Made by a program: the position numbers and the translations under genes. From NCBI GenBank assembly GCA_946613885.1, contig CAMOGA010000006.1, forward strand, positions 4,309-68,308: a stretch of DNA of 64,000 nucleotides. Direction: 5' to 3'. Source of the stretch: an uncultured Pseudomonadota bacterium. Lineage in GTDB: Bacteria; Pseudomonadota; Alphaproteobacteria; Rs-D84. A model generated the notes under the pieces. That model was not told the DNA's origin. It did not search any database and saw only the letters and a list, made by a program, of their open reading frames with translations. Positions 48,758-58,643 of this stretch are shown here, piece after piece (position 1 is the first letter of the stretch; each line of letters begins with the position of its first letter).

Positions 48758-50770
48758 ATGAAGGTTTATGTAAATACTGAAAATAAAACGTGGAAAAAAT
48801 ATAAAATTGATTTTGAAAAAATTGCCAATGCGGCTGTATCTGCTGTATACAAAGATTCTGAGGTATCAATTAATTTAATAGATGATAAACAAATTCACAA
48901 ATTAAATAAACAATATCGTGGCATCGATAAACCAACAAATGTTTTATCTTTTGAATTAGGAGATGATATTTTATTGGGTGATATTTTTATATCAATTGAT
49001 ACTGTTATCCGCGAAGCCAAAGAAGCCGGTATATCGGTTGAAGAACATGTTGCGCATATGGTTGTTCATGGTATGTTGCATTTACAAGGTTTTGACCATA
49101 TCAAAGATGCAGAAGCCAAAATAATGGAAAATAAAGAAATTAAAATATTAAAAAAATTGGGATATAAAAATCCTTATGCTGATACAGATGATATTGTGTG
49201 TGATAACAAATCGTGTTGTCCAGGACGGTTCATAACAAAATTAGAACAAATCAAAATTCGTGAAAACAGCATAACATGGTATTTATTGGCATCGGTTTTT
49301 GGAATTGTTGCGTCTTTTGGTTTTGCGCCGTTTTATTTGTGGTGGGCATCTATCATTGGTATCGGTGCAATGTATTGGATGATGGGGCAACAAAACAATA
49401 AAATCAGTTTTATAAAATCTTGGTTGTTGGCTTTTCCTTTTGGTGCGTTTTATGGAATTGCAATGTTTTGGTGGGTTTTAAATTCTATTTATGTAATTCC
49501 AGAATTAACGCAACAATTTGCAATCTGGACAATTCCAGGATTAATAGGTATTGGTTTGATTTGTGGAATAATATTATCTTTGCCGTTTGCGGTAATTCGT
49601 TGTATCCGGCAAAAACCGGCCAACAGGGCGATTTTATTCGCAGCGGTTTGGACATTGGTTTTGTGGGGGCGAGAATGGTTTTTAACTGGTTTTCCATGGA
49701 ATCCGATATCTAATATTACCATGAATATGCCAATGATTGTAAATTCAATGTCTCTGTGGGGGGCATTGGGGCTAAGTTTTATAATTATTGGATTAACTGC
49801 GTCATTTGTTGATATGTGTCGCGATAAGAAACCGGCAATATACGTATTCATTATGTATGTATTATTGTTCATTATTGGTTGTGGATACGGTTATTTCAAT
49901 ATGTATTTATCAGACAGACAAGATATTGACAATACACCAATTATCAGAATTATACAACCCGCAAAATCCGCTGTATACAAAATGCCAACTTCAAAACAAG
50001 AGGCACATGAAATCGCAAATCAAAAAATACGTGATTTGTTCATTTGGGCAACAAAAGACAATGAAATAATTCCTGATATAATCGTGTTCCCAGAAACATC
50101 ATATCCATATACAATTGTTGATGATGATTTTCCATTGGCGCGTATTTTGAATAATAATATTATCATGGGTGTAAATCATTATAATAATGGCAATATGTAT
50201 AATTCCATGGTGTTTGCAGATAAAAGTGGCAAGATAAAACATCTGTATAGTAAATCACACCTGGTGCCGTTTGGGGAATATCGTCCGTTTGGAGATATAA
50301 TACCAACACCTGGACAATTAAGTGCTGGAACAGGGGCAGAGGTTTTTTCTATCAATACGCAATACGGTGATTTTATCGTTGCGCCTGCAATTTGTTATGA
50401 AATCGTGTTTTCTGATTCTTTGATTCCATATAAATCAAATGCGAACGCAATCATAAATATTACAAACGATACATGGTTTGGAACAACGCCTGGGGTTTAC
50501 CAACATTTGGATATGGTACGCAGATACGCAATTGAATCAGGCCTGCCAATTATTCGTGCAAATTATTCAGGAATCAGTGGTTTTATCATGCCTGATGGAA
50601 ATGTGGAATCATATCTGCCGGTTGGTCAAAATGGGGCTTTGGACGGATATGTGTGGGGCGCACACACGACCCCATACAGGGCATTAGGACGTGATTTATG
50701 GATGGCGATTATTTTGATGTTTTCAATAATTGCTTTAATATCCATACGCGTATTTCCGAAGAAAGATTAG
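48758..50770 (+). CDS. ybeY-lnt: Fusion: rRNA maturation RNase YbeY + apolipoprotein N-acyltransferase Lnt
   Basis: YbeY KPTNVLSF, LGDI.IS, HGMLHLQGFDH; Lnt FPE, K.HLVPFGEY, ICYE, NDTWFG; one uninterrupted 670-aa frame. Confidence 0.9.
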   Translation: MKVYVNTENKTWKKYKIDFEKIANAAVSAVYKDSEVSINLIDDKQIHKLNKQYRGIDKPTNVLSFELGDDILLGDIFISIDTVIREAKEAGISVEEHVAHMVVHGMLHLQGFDHIKDAEAKIMENKEIKILKKLGYKNPYADTDDIVCDNKSCCPGRFITKLEQIKIRENSITWYLLASVFGIVASFGFAPFYLWWASIIGIGAMYWMMGQQNNKISFIKSWLLAFPFGAFYGIAMFWWVLNSIYVIPELTQQFAIWTIPGLIGIGLICGIILSLPFAVIRCIRQKPANRAILFAAVWTLVLWGREWFLTGFPWNPISNITMNMPMIVNSMSLWGALGLSFIIIGLTASFVDMCRDKKPAIYVFIMYVLLFIIGCGYGYFNMYLSDRQDIDNTPIIRIIQPAKSAVYKMPTSKQEAHEIANQKIRDLFIWATKDNEIIPDIIVFPETSYPYTIVDDDFPLARILNNNIIMGVNHYNNGNMYNSMVFADKSGKIKHLYSKSHLVPFGEYRPFGDIIPTPGQLSAGTGAEVFSINTQYGDFIVAPAICYEIVFSDSLIPYKSNANAIINITNDTWFGTTPGVYQHLDMVRRYAIESGLPIIRANYSGISGFIMPDGNVESYLPVGQNGALDGYVWGAHTTPYRALGRDLWMAIILMFSIIALISIRVFPKKD

Positions 50771-50921
50771 TATTTGGTAATCTGTGTTCGTCAATATTTT
50801 TTATAATAGATGCAACGGATGTATTGCGTTCATGTGCGATTTTTTGTAATACTTCAAAAAATTCTGATTCTAATGAAATACTGGTTTGGTGTCCTGATAA
50901 AGATACAGAAATCTTATGCAT
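50709..50921 (-). CDS. Ribbon-helix-helix protein (RHH_4-like)
   Basis: K.SVSLSGH.TSISLE.EF...L..IA......VA.II..ID....NLSS.IRV.IL. Confidence 0.85.
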   Translation of the reverse strand: MHKISVSLSGHQTSISLESEFFEVLQKIAHERNTSVASIIKNIDEHRLPNTNLSSEIRVWILKQLLKTSK

Positions 50922-50922
50922 A

Positions 50923-51357
50923 TTAAATTTTCCCTATAATCAAACAATCTATCATTGCACGGTATGGATCATCGTATTTTCGTAATATTGATAAAGTAAT
51001 ATTATCCAACATATAACAATTTCCAAACGCATCAAATGCAAACCAAAATAAATCGTTATATCCAAAAATTGTTTTATTAGATAAATTTTTATAATTACAA
51101 ACGTCTTGGTTAAATTTAATAATCGAAGGCATCGGATATTTTATTTTGCGATCTATTTCGTTTGGACCAAACACATATCCAGACCCCATCGTTATACCAG
51201 AACATTTTGTATATAAATCCTGTAAAAACTTGGGCAATATTGCGATATGCATTTGTTGTAATTTGGTGTTTATAATATTAACATCAACCAAATGTTCCGG
51301 TGGAAAAATGTTTGCACCGCGTGATTTCATCAAAGATAAAAATTCATCACTTGTCAT
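50923..51357 (-). CDS. SMI1/KNR4 (SUKH)-like protein
   Basis: LP.FL.DLY..C.G...G...FG pattern, C-terminal FG......Y.LD. Confidence 0.5.
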   Translation of the reverse strand: MTSDEFLSLMKSRGANIFPPEHLVDVNIINTKLQQMHIAILPKFLQDLYTKCSGITMGSGYVFGPNEIDRKIKYPMPSIIKFNQDVCNYKNLSNKTIFGYNDLFWFAFDAFGNCYMLDNITLSILRKYDDPYRAMIDCLIIGKI

Positions 51358-51359
51358 TT

Positions 51360-51869
51360 TTATTCATTTCCCCGTCCTGATAAAAAATTATTAAATGCAG
51401 ATTGGCTTAATCTGTCCGAAGTGGCATTACCACCATCGCCGCCACCGCCAGTATGTGTTGTTAAATAAATCTTTTTTTCAGGATTTGGTAAAAATACAGT
51501 TCTTGCATCGCTTTGTTCGATAATAAAACGGTCTAAATTAAAAGAATGTGGAAATGTCCAACATAAAAACATATTTTCAATTTTTAATTCGCCACCCCAT
51601 AACAACGGTATTTTAAAACGAATAGATATGTTATCTGGCAAAGAACGTCCCATTACTAAATCGATAAATTCATGTTGTGGCAAATTCATAAATACGATTT
51701 CATCCATAGAATCTGTTAAAGAAGCCAAAAATTCACGACGTAAAGAGGCATACTTTTTAAACCAATCGGTATCCAGCGAGCATTTTACAGGACTATATTC
51801 CATAACAGGCATATCTTCCAATCCTAATTTTGCCAATCGTTCCAAAGCACTATGTTCATTTAATTGCAT
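51360..51869 (-). CDS. Hypothetical protein, degenerate HNH-like
   Basis: SIRFKIPLLWGG...IENMFLC...PH resembles HHIIPL..GG...N...C...H with the His residues replaced. Confidence 0.5.
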   Translation of the reverse strand: MQLNEHSALERLAKLGLEDMPVMEYSPVKCSLDTDWFKKYASLRREFLASLTDSMDEIVFMNLPQHEFIDLVMGRSLPDNISIRFKIPLLWGGELKIENMFLCWTFPHSFNLDRFIIEQSDARTVFLPNPEKKIYLTTHTGGGGDGGNATSDRLSQSAFNNFLSGRGNE

Positions 51870-51888
51870 GTTTTATTTACACTCTTTA

Positions 51889-52797
51889 CTATATATTCTT
51901 AACATATTGTATAATCGTGTCAATATATTCTGAATATGCATCAAAATTATCGGCGTCAACATCAGACATCTCGTCAATTTGATGTTCAGAAACAAATTGC
52001 CTTAATTCGTCAATTGATTTGAATATTAACACAGAATCATTTGGTTGGTATTGATTCATCGTATCCAGAATAAACGGCGTAATATTAATCCGAATATCTT
52101 CCAACGTTTCGGTAAATACGGATTGCAATTTGTCAACCGCGCGTTGCATGTTATCCATTTTTGCATCAATTGCACCGATATATAAAATTTCATTTGGGGC
52201 AATGGCAAATAAATTTGGGCTAAACCCAGAAATTGTAGGATTTTGTTTGATAGTGTATCCTGCATCGGAAAACATTTGCGTAATTTCAGATGCATAAGGA
52301 TTTTGTTGTGAATACGATTGTTGCTTTTGGGGGGCTTCATGTTTTACTTGTTGTTGCTGAGCAACGATTTGTGCGATGTTTTTTGGTAAATTTAAACGTG
52401 GTGGACGCGATAATGGTATTTCCGGCATTGGTGCGGGGGTATCGGCATTTTTTTCTGGTTCTGTTGCGGTATTAACCTGTGTTTGTTGTGGAACAGGAAT
52501 ATTTTGTTGTTCTGGTTGGATTTTTGTTATGTTTGTTGCAGGGGATTTTTTTGTCCCAGATTCTGTTTTGTATATTACAAATAATCCAATTAAAAATATC
52601 AGTAATGCAACAATCACAGAAACATAAAATCCGGTAGCAATTGGTGTATGTGATGCCTGTAATTGTGCCAATTCTTCCCAATGTTTTTCATAAAATAAAT
52701 TAAATCCATAATTTATATTTAACCAGAAAGACAAACCCAACAAAGTGGATGTGCCCAACAATATAGATAATAAAATACTTTCAAATTTATTTTGCAT
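51889..52797 (-). CDS. Hypothetical membrane protein (2 TM, P/Q-rich linker, globular C-domain)
   Basis: Long ORF with 2 N-terminal hydrophobic segments and a low-complexity linker. Confidence 0.7.
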   Translation of the reverse strand: MQNKFESILLSILLGTSTLLGLSFWLNINYGFNLFYEKHWEELAQLQASHTPIATGFYVSVIVALLIFLIGLFVIYKTESGTKKSPATNITKIQPEQQNIPVPQQTQVNTATEPEKNADTPAPMPEIPLSRPPRLNLPKNIAQIVAQQQQVKHEAPQKQQSYSQQNPYASEITQMFSDAGYTIKQNPTISGFSPNLFAIAPNEILYIGAIDAKMDNMQRAVDKLQSVFTETLEDIRINITPFILDTMNQYQPNDSVLIFKSIDELRQFVSEHQIDEMSDVDADNFDAYSEYIDTIIQYVKNI

Positions 52798-52840
52798 TTC
52801 AATTATATTTTATCACATTTTATGATAAACTGGAAATATA

Positions 52841-53512
52841 ATGATTGAATTAAATGAAATTTTTTCTGATTCGGATACACGTGTCGCTTTTTGGTGTGCA
52901 GACGTTAGTGACACTAATGATTTGGCAATAATGGCTGAAAATATTATTTCTGAAAACATACATTTAATATCAATATTGCCGGAATGTGTGGAACAAATAT
53001 GGCCATATTTGGAAAAATCCGGGGTAAAAATTTTAACCAGATATACATTTAATCCGATTCCTAAGAATATAGATTCTGAAATATATAATTTGGCGGCAAA
53101 TATATCAAACGTGTGTCGGCATGGTGCAGATGGTGTTCAAATTTTTGTCAAAATGCGTGATTTTGACTATCTTGCCGATTCAATTGCACCTGTTCGTGAT
53201 GATTTGTTTTTTAAACATGATTTATCAATAGGAATAGATATATCTGACATAGATATGCATAATTTGGAACATTTTTTTGAAAAATTGCGTTATATACGTG
53301 CTGATTCTTTGGTGTTGACATTAAATGAAGATATGGGAAATCGTTCAGATTTTGTAGGGCGGATATATGCTTTATTACAAAGTTGGAATTTGAACGGACA
53401 ATTACATTTTGTATCAAATAACGATTATAACCGTATTGACCAAATTATTCGTTTAACAGAAAAAATAAGACCAGAAATGACGGAAAATTTAAGGTTTTTT
53501 CTGAATTATTAA
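52841..53512 (+). CDS. DeoC-like TIM-barrel protein lacking the Schiff-base Lys
   Basis: SILPECV....L..SGVKI.T...F, GADGVQI, RAD.LVLT. Confidence 0.5.
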   Translation: MIELNEIFSDSDTRVAFWCADVSDTNDLAIMAENIISENIHLISILPECVEQIWPYLEKSGVKILTRYTFNPIPKNIDSEIYNLAANISNVCRHGADGVQIFVKMRDFDYLADSIAPVRDDLFFKHDLSIGIDISDIDMHNLEHFFEKLRYIRADSLVLTLNEDMGNRSDFVGRIYALLQSWNLNGQLHFVSNNDYNRIDQIIRLTEKIRPEMTENLRFFLNY

Positions 53513-54174
53513 TTCGATAATATCATATATTTTGGGGTGCTGGTTTGTGCCTTGTTTTTAATCTGATATCTGGTTTTTATAATATCTAGGTTTGTAGATT
53601 TTATTATTAATCTGGTTTGTTTTAATTCGTTAACAATCCAATCATAATATTCCCAATGATCAGTACCAATAATAATTTTCCCGCCTGTTTTTAAATGTTT
53701 TGATAACAGATTCAAAAAATCATGGTTCAGTAATCTGCGTTTTTCATGTTTTGCCTTAGGCCATGGGTCTGGATGTAAAACCCAAATTTCATCAAATTTT
53801 ATATTTTCAAAATCTTGCAATAACAACCGAACATCATCTGGATGAACGCGAATGTTTTTATATTCATCAATCAATGTGTTATCCGATTCGTTTGTTATCG
53901 CAGACAACAGGGCGGCAACACCGTTTGCGAACGGTTCTGCGCCGATAACGATTGATTCAGAATTATTAATTGCCAAATCGCGTAAATGTTCGCCATTACC
54001 AAAACCGATTTCTAAAATCACAGATTTTGTAGAAAAATCAGCCATTTTAGGCATTATTTGTGGTAATAAATTTTCCATCAGCCATTGTTTGCGGATGGAT
54101 AACTTTTTGCCATGTCGCCGACCAAATGTGCGAATATTATTTTGATTAAAATCTTTTAATTCTTGTTTTTCCAT
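53509..54174 (-). CDS. trmB: tRNA (guanine-N7)-methyltransferase TrmB
   Basis: LEIGFGNGEHL, GAEP, HPDPWPK.KH.KRRL, TD...Y. Confidence 0.95.
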   Translation of the reverse strand: MEKQELKDFNQNNIRTFGRRHGKKLSIRKQWLMENLLPQIMPKMADFSTKSVILEIGFGNGEHLRDLAINNSESIVIGAEPFANGVAALLSAITNESDNTLIDEYKNIRVHPDDVRLLLQDFENIKFDEIWVLHPDPWPKAKHEKRRLLNHDFLNLLSKHLKTGGKIIIGTDHWEYYDWIVNELKQTRLIIKSTNLDIIKTRYQIKNKAQTSTPKYMILSN

Positions 54175-54221
54175 ATATTTAGTATAAAATCAGTTTTAGA
54201 TAAAAACAAGGATGAAATAAA

Positions 54222-55796
54222 ATGCGAAACGGATTAAGTAAAGATTTAATAGCACGCGTTCTGGGTGGCGCACCAAAATACACTTTGGATGAATTAGAAG
54301 AAAAATACCCAGAAAGAAATTTACCAGAGGGTGTAATGGTCACTCGTTTTGCGCCAAGTCCTACCGGTTATATGCATTTGGGTAATTTGTATAGCAGTTT
54401 GATAGATTATAAATTAGCACAACAATCACACGGCTTGTTTTTATTACGTATAGAAGATACGGATACAAAACGTGAAATAAAAGAAGCCGTTGATGTCGTA
54501 AAAAATGCGATGGCTAGTTTTGGTTTTAAACATAATAATGATGAAAAATACGGCCCATATTATCAATCACAACGTAAAGATATTTATCACAGTGTTGCTG
54601 CATATTTATTAGAAAAAGGTTTGGCATATCCGTGCTTTTTAACCCAGGAAGAAATGGATAAAATCCGTGAACAACAAAGTTTGGCTGGTATTGCAACAGG
54701 TATTTATGGGGAATATGCACGTGATAGAAATATTGGCGAAGATGAAATAAAAAAACATTTGGATAATGGTGAAACACCGTCAATTCGTCTGTATTCAATG
54801 GGTAATCCAGAAAATAGAATTTATTTTAAAGATTTTGTGCGTGGTTCAATATCTGTACCAGAAAATAATGAAGATATTGTTTTAATAAAATCTACAGACA
54901 GATTGCCAACATATCATTTTGCCCATTTGTGTGACGATCATTTTATGCGTATAACACATGTCGTTCGTGGTGAAGAATATTTTGGAACTGTTGCGCTGCA
55001 TGTTCAAATGTTTCGTATGATGGGTTGGGAATTGCCAAAATATATTCATACATCTACGCTGGATAAAATAGACGAAGAGACCGGCAAACAAAGAAAAATG
55101 TCTAAACGTAAAGATCCTGAAAGTAATGTTGCATTTTTCTTGCAAGAAGGTTGGCCGACCGATGCAGTAATTGAATATATTGGTAATATTTTGGCACCTG
55201 GGTACGAAGAAGCAAAATTAAAAGGTCAGGTTAAATCTTTTTGGGATTACGAATTAAAGCCAAAGAAAATACCGACATCTGGAACATTATTCGATATGAA
55301 AAAATTGGAATGGTGGGCCAAAGAATATATTGCCACAATGTCTGTTCCTGATTTGGTAAAATCTGTTGTTAAATGGGCAAATGAATATGGAAACGAAAAT
55401 AATAAAAAGCAAATTGCAGATGTGCAATATTTGACATCTGTACTGTCTATTGAACGCGATAATCCAAAACGTGTTCGCAAGGATTTTATTACATGGCAAC
55501 AAACGTTAAGTGAGGTTGCTTATTTCTGGGATTTCTTGTTTGTACCGAATAAAGAGTATGAATATAATATTGACGCGTTGCGCGAATTTATCTCAGGTTT
55601 TGATATAAATGATGACAAGGATACCTGGTGGCAAAAAATCGTCTATACAGCGGAAAAACTGGGGTTAAAGCCGGGTGAGGTTGCGATGAATTTGCGTGTT
55701 GCAATGACTGGACGCACAAATACACCTGATTTATATTCTATCATGCAGGTCTTGGGCGATACACGTGTCAGGGAACGTATTAATATGGTTATGTAA
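54222..55796 (+). CDS. gltX: Glutamate--tRNA ligase
   Basis: TRFAPSPTGYMHLGN, LRIEDTD, PTYHFA...DD, HV.RG.E, KMSKR. Confidence 0.95.
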   Translation: MRNGLSKDLIARVLGGAPKYTLDELEEKYPERNLPEGVMVTRFAPSPTGYMHLGNLYSSLIDYKLAQQSHGLFLLRIEDTDTKREIKEAVDVVKNAMASFGFKHNNDEKYGPYYQSQRKDIYHSVAAYLLEKGLAYPCFLTQEEMDKIREQQSLAGIATGIYGEYARDRNIGEDEIKKHLDNGETPSIRLYSMGNPENRIYFKDFVRGSISVPENNEDIVLIKSTDRLPTYHFAHLCDDHFMRITHVVRGEEYFGTVALHVQMFRMMGWELPKYIHTSTLDKIDEETGKQRKMSKRKDPESNVAFFLQEGWPTDAVIEYIGNILAPGYEEAKLKGQVKSFWDYELKPKKIPTSGTLFDMKKLEWWAKEYIATMSVPDLVKSVVKWANEYGNENNKKQIADVQYLTSVLSIERDNPKRVRKDFITWQQTLSEVAYFWDFLFVPNKEYEYNIDALREFISGFDINDDKDTWWQKIVYTAEKLGLKPGEVAMNLRVAMTGRTNTPDLYSIMQVLGDTRVRERINMVM

Positions 55797-55808
55797 AGTG
55801 AGGGGGCA

Positions 55809-56585
55809 ATGGTCAAAAATAAAAAAATTGTTAAACAAAAATTACGTGCTGTTAAACAAGATAAACATGCATCGCGTTTGTTAAAAGTATTACAAGCGAC
55901 TGGATTGTTTCGTTGGGAACGTCCATCAACACGCGCAGAAGAAACAGTGAATATTTTAACCCATGGTATTGGTATCGGTTTGGCAATGGCTGGATTGTGT
56001 TTGTTGGTTGCGTTCGCTGCGATTTACCAAAACGTGTGGGCAATTGTTGCGTGTTCAATATTTGGGTTTACTATGTTTACACTTTATTTTGGCTCAACAA
56101 TGTGTCATGCAACAATAGGGGATAAATGCGAATGTTTTTTCGAGGTTTGGGATTCAATCGCAATTTATGCCTTAATCGCAGGAACATATACACCGTTTTT
56201 ATTGGTTAATTTGAATCGGTGTGGACATACGGCGTTGGGTTGGACAATGTTCGGAATATTATGGGCAATCGTTATATTTGGTGCCGTTATGAAACTGACG
56301 AGTCCGCATAAACAACCAAAATGGTTGGTTGCGTTGTATTTGATTATGGGTTGGGCATTGTTGTGGGTTTTACCGGCGATGATTGAAACAATATCTGCAC
56401 GTGGAATGTGGTTCATATTGGCGGGCGGATTATCCTATTCTATTGGTGTAATATTTTATTTGTGGCGCCGTCTTAAATTTGCACATGCGTTATGGCATTT
56501 GTTTGTAATCGGGGGCAGTGTTTGTTTCTTTTTTGCAGTGTTATTCGGTTCGATTATTGATTTTGCACAACATTGTATAAAATAG
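55809..56585 (+). CDS. Hemolysin III / PAQR family membrane protein
   Basis: EE..NILTHGIG, ST.CH, D..AIY.LIAGTYTP, Y..MGW, H.LWHLFV. Confidence 0.92.
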   Translation: MVKNKKIVKQKLRAVKQDKHASRLLKVLQATGLFRWERPSTRAEETVNILTHGIGIGLAMAGLCLLVAFAAIYQNVWAIVACSIFGFTMFTLYFGSTMCHATIGDKCECFFEVWDSIAIYALIAGTYTPFLLVNLNRCGHTALGWTMFGILWAIVIFGAVMKLTSPHKQPKWLVALYLIMGWALLWVLPAMIETISARGMWFILAGGLSYSIGVIFYLWRRLKFAHALWHLFVIGGSVCFFFAVLFGSIIDFAQHCIK

Positions 56586-56610
56586 AAAAACCGCCGTACA
56601 GGCGGTTTTT
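56586..56610. terminator. Bidirectional intrinsic terminator
   Basis: A5-CCGCC-GTACA-GGCGG-T5. Confidence 0.85.
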
Positions 56611-56618
56611 ATAATTGT

Positions 56619-57944
56619 TTAATCAAATGGATTTTCGTCTTTTTTATATTCAATTATAATTGGTAAATGTTCCAAATGTAACGCATTTGCAATTCCACGA
56701 CGCAGATAGCGTGTATAAGATTCAGGAATATCTGATGCACCACCAACATTGATAGTAATCTTGACGGGATGGTGTCCTGTTTGTCGCGCAAATTTAATCT
56801 TCATTGGGCGTTTCAGACGTGACATCGGTGGTTGACGATCGTTCACTAATTTTTCAATGATACGGTTAATCAAACTGGTTGGGGTGTCTGTATTGGAAAT
56901 ATCCCATTGTTCATAAATTCTTTTGAATAAATTTTGAACCCCGGTGCCATGTTCTGCAGATATTGCCAATATCATCGGTTTAATGATTTGGTGGAAAGAA
57001 TTAGTAAATTGGTGTTTTAATTTTAATAATTTTTCATCACGTTCTGCTTCGTCAACTAAATCCCATTTATTTAAAGCAACACATAATATTTTGCCGGCAT
57101 CATAAACACGTGCTGCGATTGATAATGCCTGATTTTCAATATTTTTTGTTGCATCAACAATTAAAATAACAATGTCAGATTTTTCAATCGCTGCCAACGA
57201 TTTTAACGCAGACAAAGTTTCAACATCATCGGTCACACCGGATTTGCGACGCAATCCTGCGGTGTCCATTAAAATAATATCGCGGCCATAAAAATGTGTC
57301 GGAATTTTTACAGTATCACGTGTAATACCGGGGGCATCCATAACAATTTGTCGTTTTTCACCCAATACACGATTTACGAACGTGGATTTCCCAACATTAG
57401 GTTGTCCCAAAACAGCGATTTTTATTTTGTTATCAATTTCGTTGTCTGCGGCGGTTTCTGCTGTATACAGGTTATCTATAAATTCATAAATAGTATCAAA
57501 ACCGCGTTTGTGTTCTGCGGATATTAACACAGGTTCACCAAATCCCAGTTTATAAAAATCGTGTGTTTCAGCCAATCTTTTTGTTGATTCAGATTTATTA
57601 ATCAACAACAGGGCAGGTGCTTTGCTTTTTTTATGAACCAGTTTCGCCCATTCGATATCCATAGGATTTAATCCAACCCGCCCATCAACGACAAATAAAA
57701 TCGCGTCAGCACCAGTAATAGCATCAATTGCCATGTCTGTGGAATTGTGTGCGATACCAGATTTAGCATTTTCCAACCCCGCTGTATCAAATACAACCCA
57801 CGGTCTGTTAGGCATGTTTCCAGAAATTGTATCACGTGTGACACCGGGACGATCGTGAACCAATGCATCCCGTGAATTTGTTAATCCGTTAAACAGTGTT
57901 GATTTACCAGTGTTTGGACGACCAACAATAACCAATTTTTTCAT
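56619..57944 (-). CDS. der: Ribosome biogenesis GTPase Der/EngA
   Basis: Two G domains: GRPNTGKS, PGVTRD, DTAG / GQPNVGKS, PGITRD, DTAG, NKWD; start trimmed to MKKLVIV. Confidence 0.96.
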   Translation of the reverse strand: MKKLVIVGRPNTGKSTLFNGLTNSRDALVHDRPGVTRDTISGNMPNRPWVVFDTAGLENAKSGIAHNSTDMAIDAITGADAILFVVDGRVGLNPMDIEWAKLVHKKSKAPALLLINKSESTKRLAETHDFYKLGFGEPVLISAEHKRGFDTIYEFIDNLYTAETAADNEIDNKIKIAVLGQPNVGKSTFVNRVLGEKRQIVMDAPGITRDTVKIPTHFYGRDIILMDTAGLRRKSGVTDDVETLSALKSLAAIEKSDIVILIVDATKNIENQALSIAARVYDAGKILCVALNKWDLVDEAERDEKLLKLKHQFTNSFHQIIKPMILAISAEHGTGVQNLFKRIYEQWDISNTDTPTSLINRIIEKLVNDRQPPMSRLKRPMKIKFARQTGHHPVKITINVGGASDIPESYTRYLRRGIANALHLEHLPIIIEYKKDENPFD

Positions 57945-58014
57945 ATTTTTTTTCCATTGATTTTTTATAATTATAAAGCAAAAATATAAATAAGCAAATT
58001 TTAAGGGGATAAAA

Positions 58015-58638
58015 ATGAAACTAAAAAAACCTGTACGTTTTGTCAAAACGAAAAAAAGAAATTGGTTATCTAAATTATCAGATATATTTTTTCGCCCTAA
58101 ATACTTTTTTTCAAAAATAGTTGCCGATGGAAAAATGGAAGATGCGATATTAAAGGCATTTTTATGGGGGTTAATCGGTGGAATAGTCGTTTTGATTTTA
58201 CATTTGATTCGTGGCGATGCGTTTACAATGTTTGCTTTATTCAAGGCATTGGTTATGTTCCCTGTGTTTGCGATTGTTGTGTTGTTTGTGTGTGCTGGGT
58301 TGATGATGCTGGTTTCTGAAATTACTGGCGGTGAACGTGATTGGGAAATCGCGGTCAAAGGCATCGCATCTATATTTTTTGTATATCCTTTGGCATTGAT
58401 TTTGAATACATTGGCATTTGATTGCAAAACAATCTGGATGATAAGCGTTTTGACAGATTTGTATATGTTATTTTTATTGTATAATATTGCGGTTTATTGT
58501 CTGCACGGGAAAAAAGTTAGTGTTTTATTTGTTTTAATGGTGTGCGCAGTAATGTTGGCATGTTTGTATATGTCTGATTATCGTACTGTATGGTTTTTGG
58601 CAAAAAATATTCCTGCGACTTTAACCTGTTTGGCCTAG
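58015..58638 (+). CDS. Yip1-like membrane protein
   Basis: IFFRP..FF, about 5 TM segments, GG...W motif. Confidence 0.6.
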   Translation: MKLKKPVRFVKTKKRNWLSKLSDIFFRPKYFFSKIVADGKMEDAILKAFLWGLIGGIVVLILHLIRGDAFTMFALFKALVMFPVFAIVVLFVCAGLMMLVSEITGGERDWEIAVKGIASIFFVYPLALILNTLAFDCKTIWMISVLTDLYMLFLLYNIAVYCLHGKKVSVLFVLMVCAVMLACLYMSDYRTVWFLAKNIPATLTCLA

Positions 58639-58643
58639 GATAA

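Noticed and set aside
56619-58427. 602-aa Der with a long N-terminal extension
   Set aside because: The extension is the antisense frame of the Yip1-like gene; the G1 motif begins right after ATG 57944.
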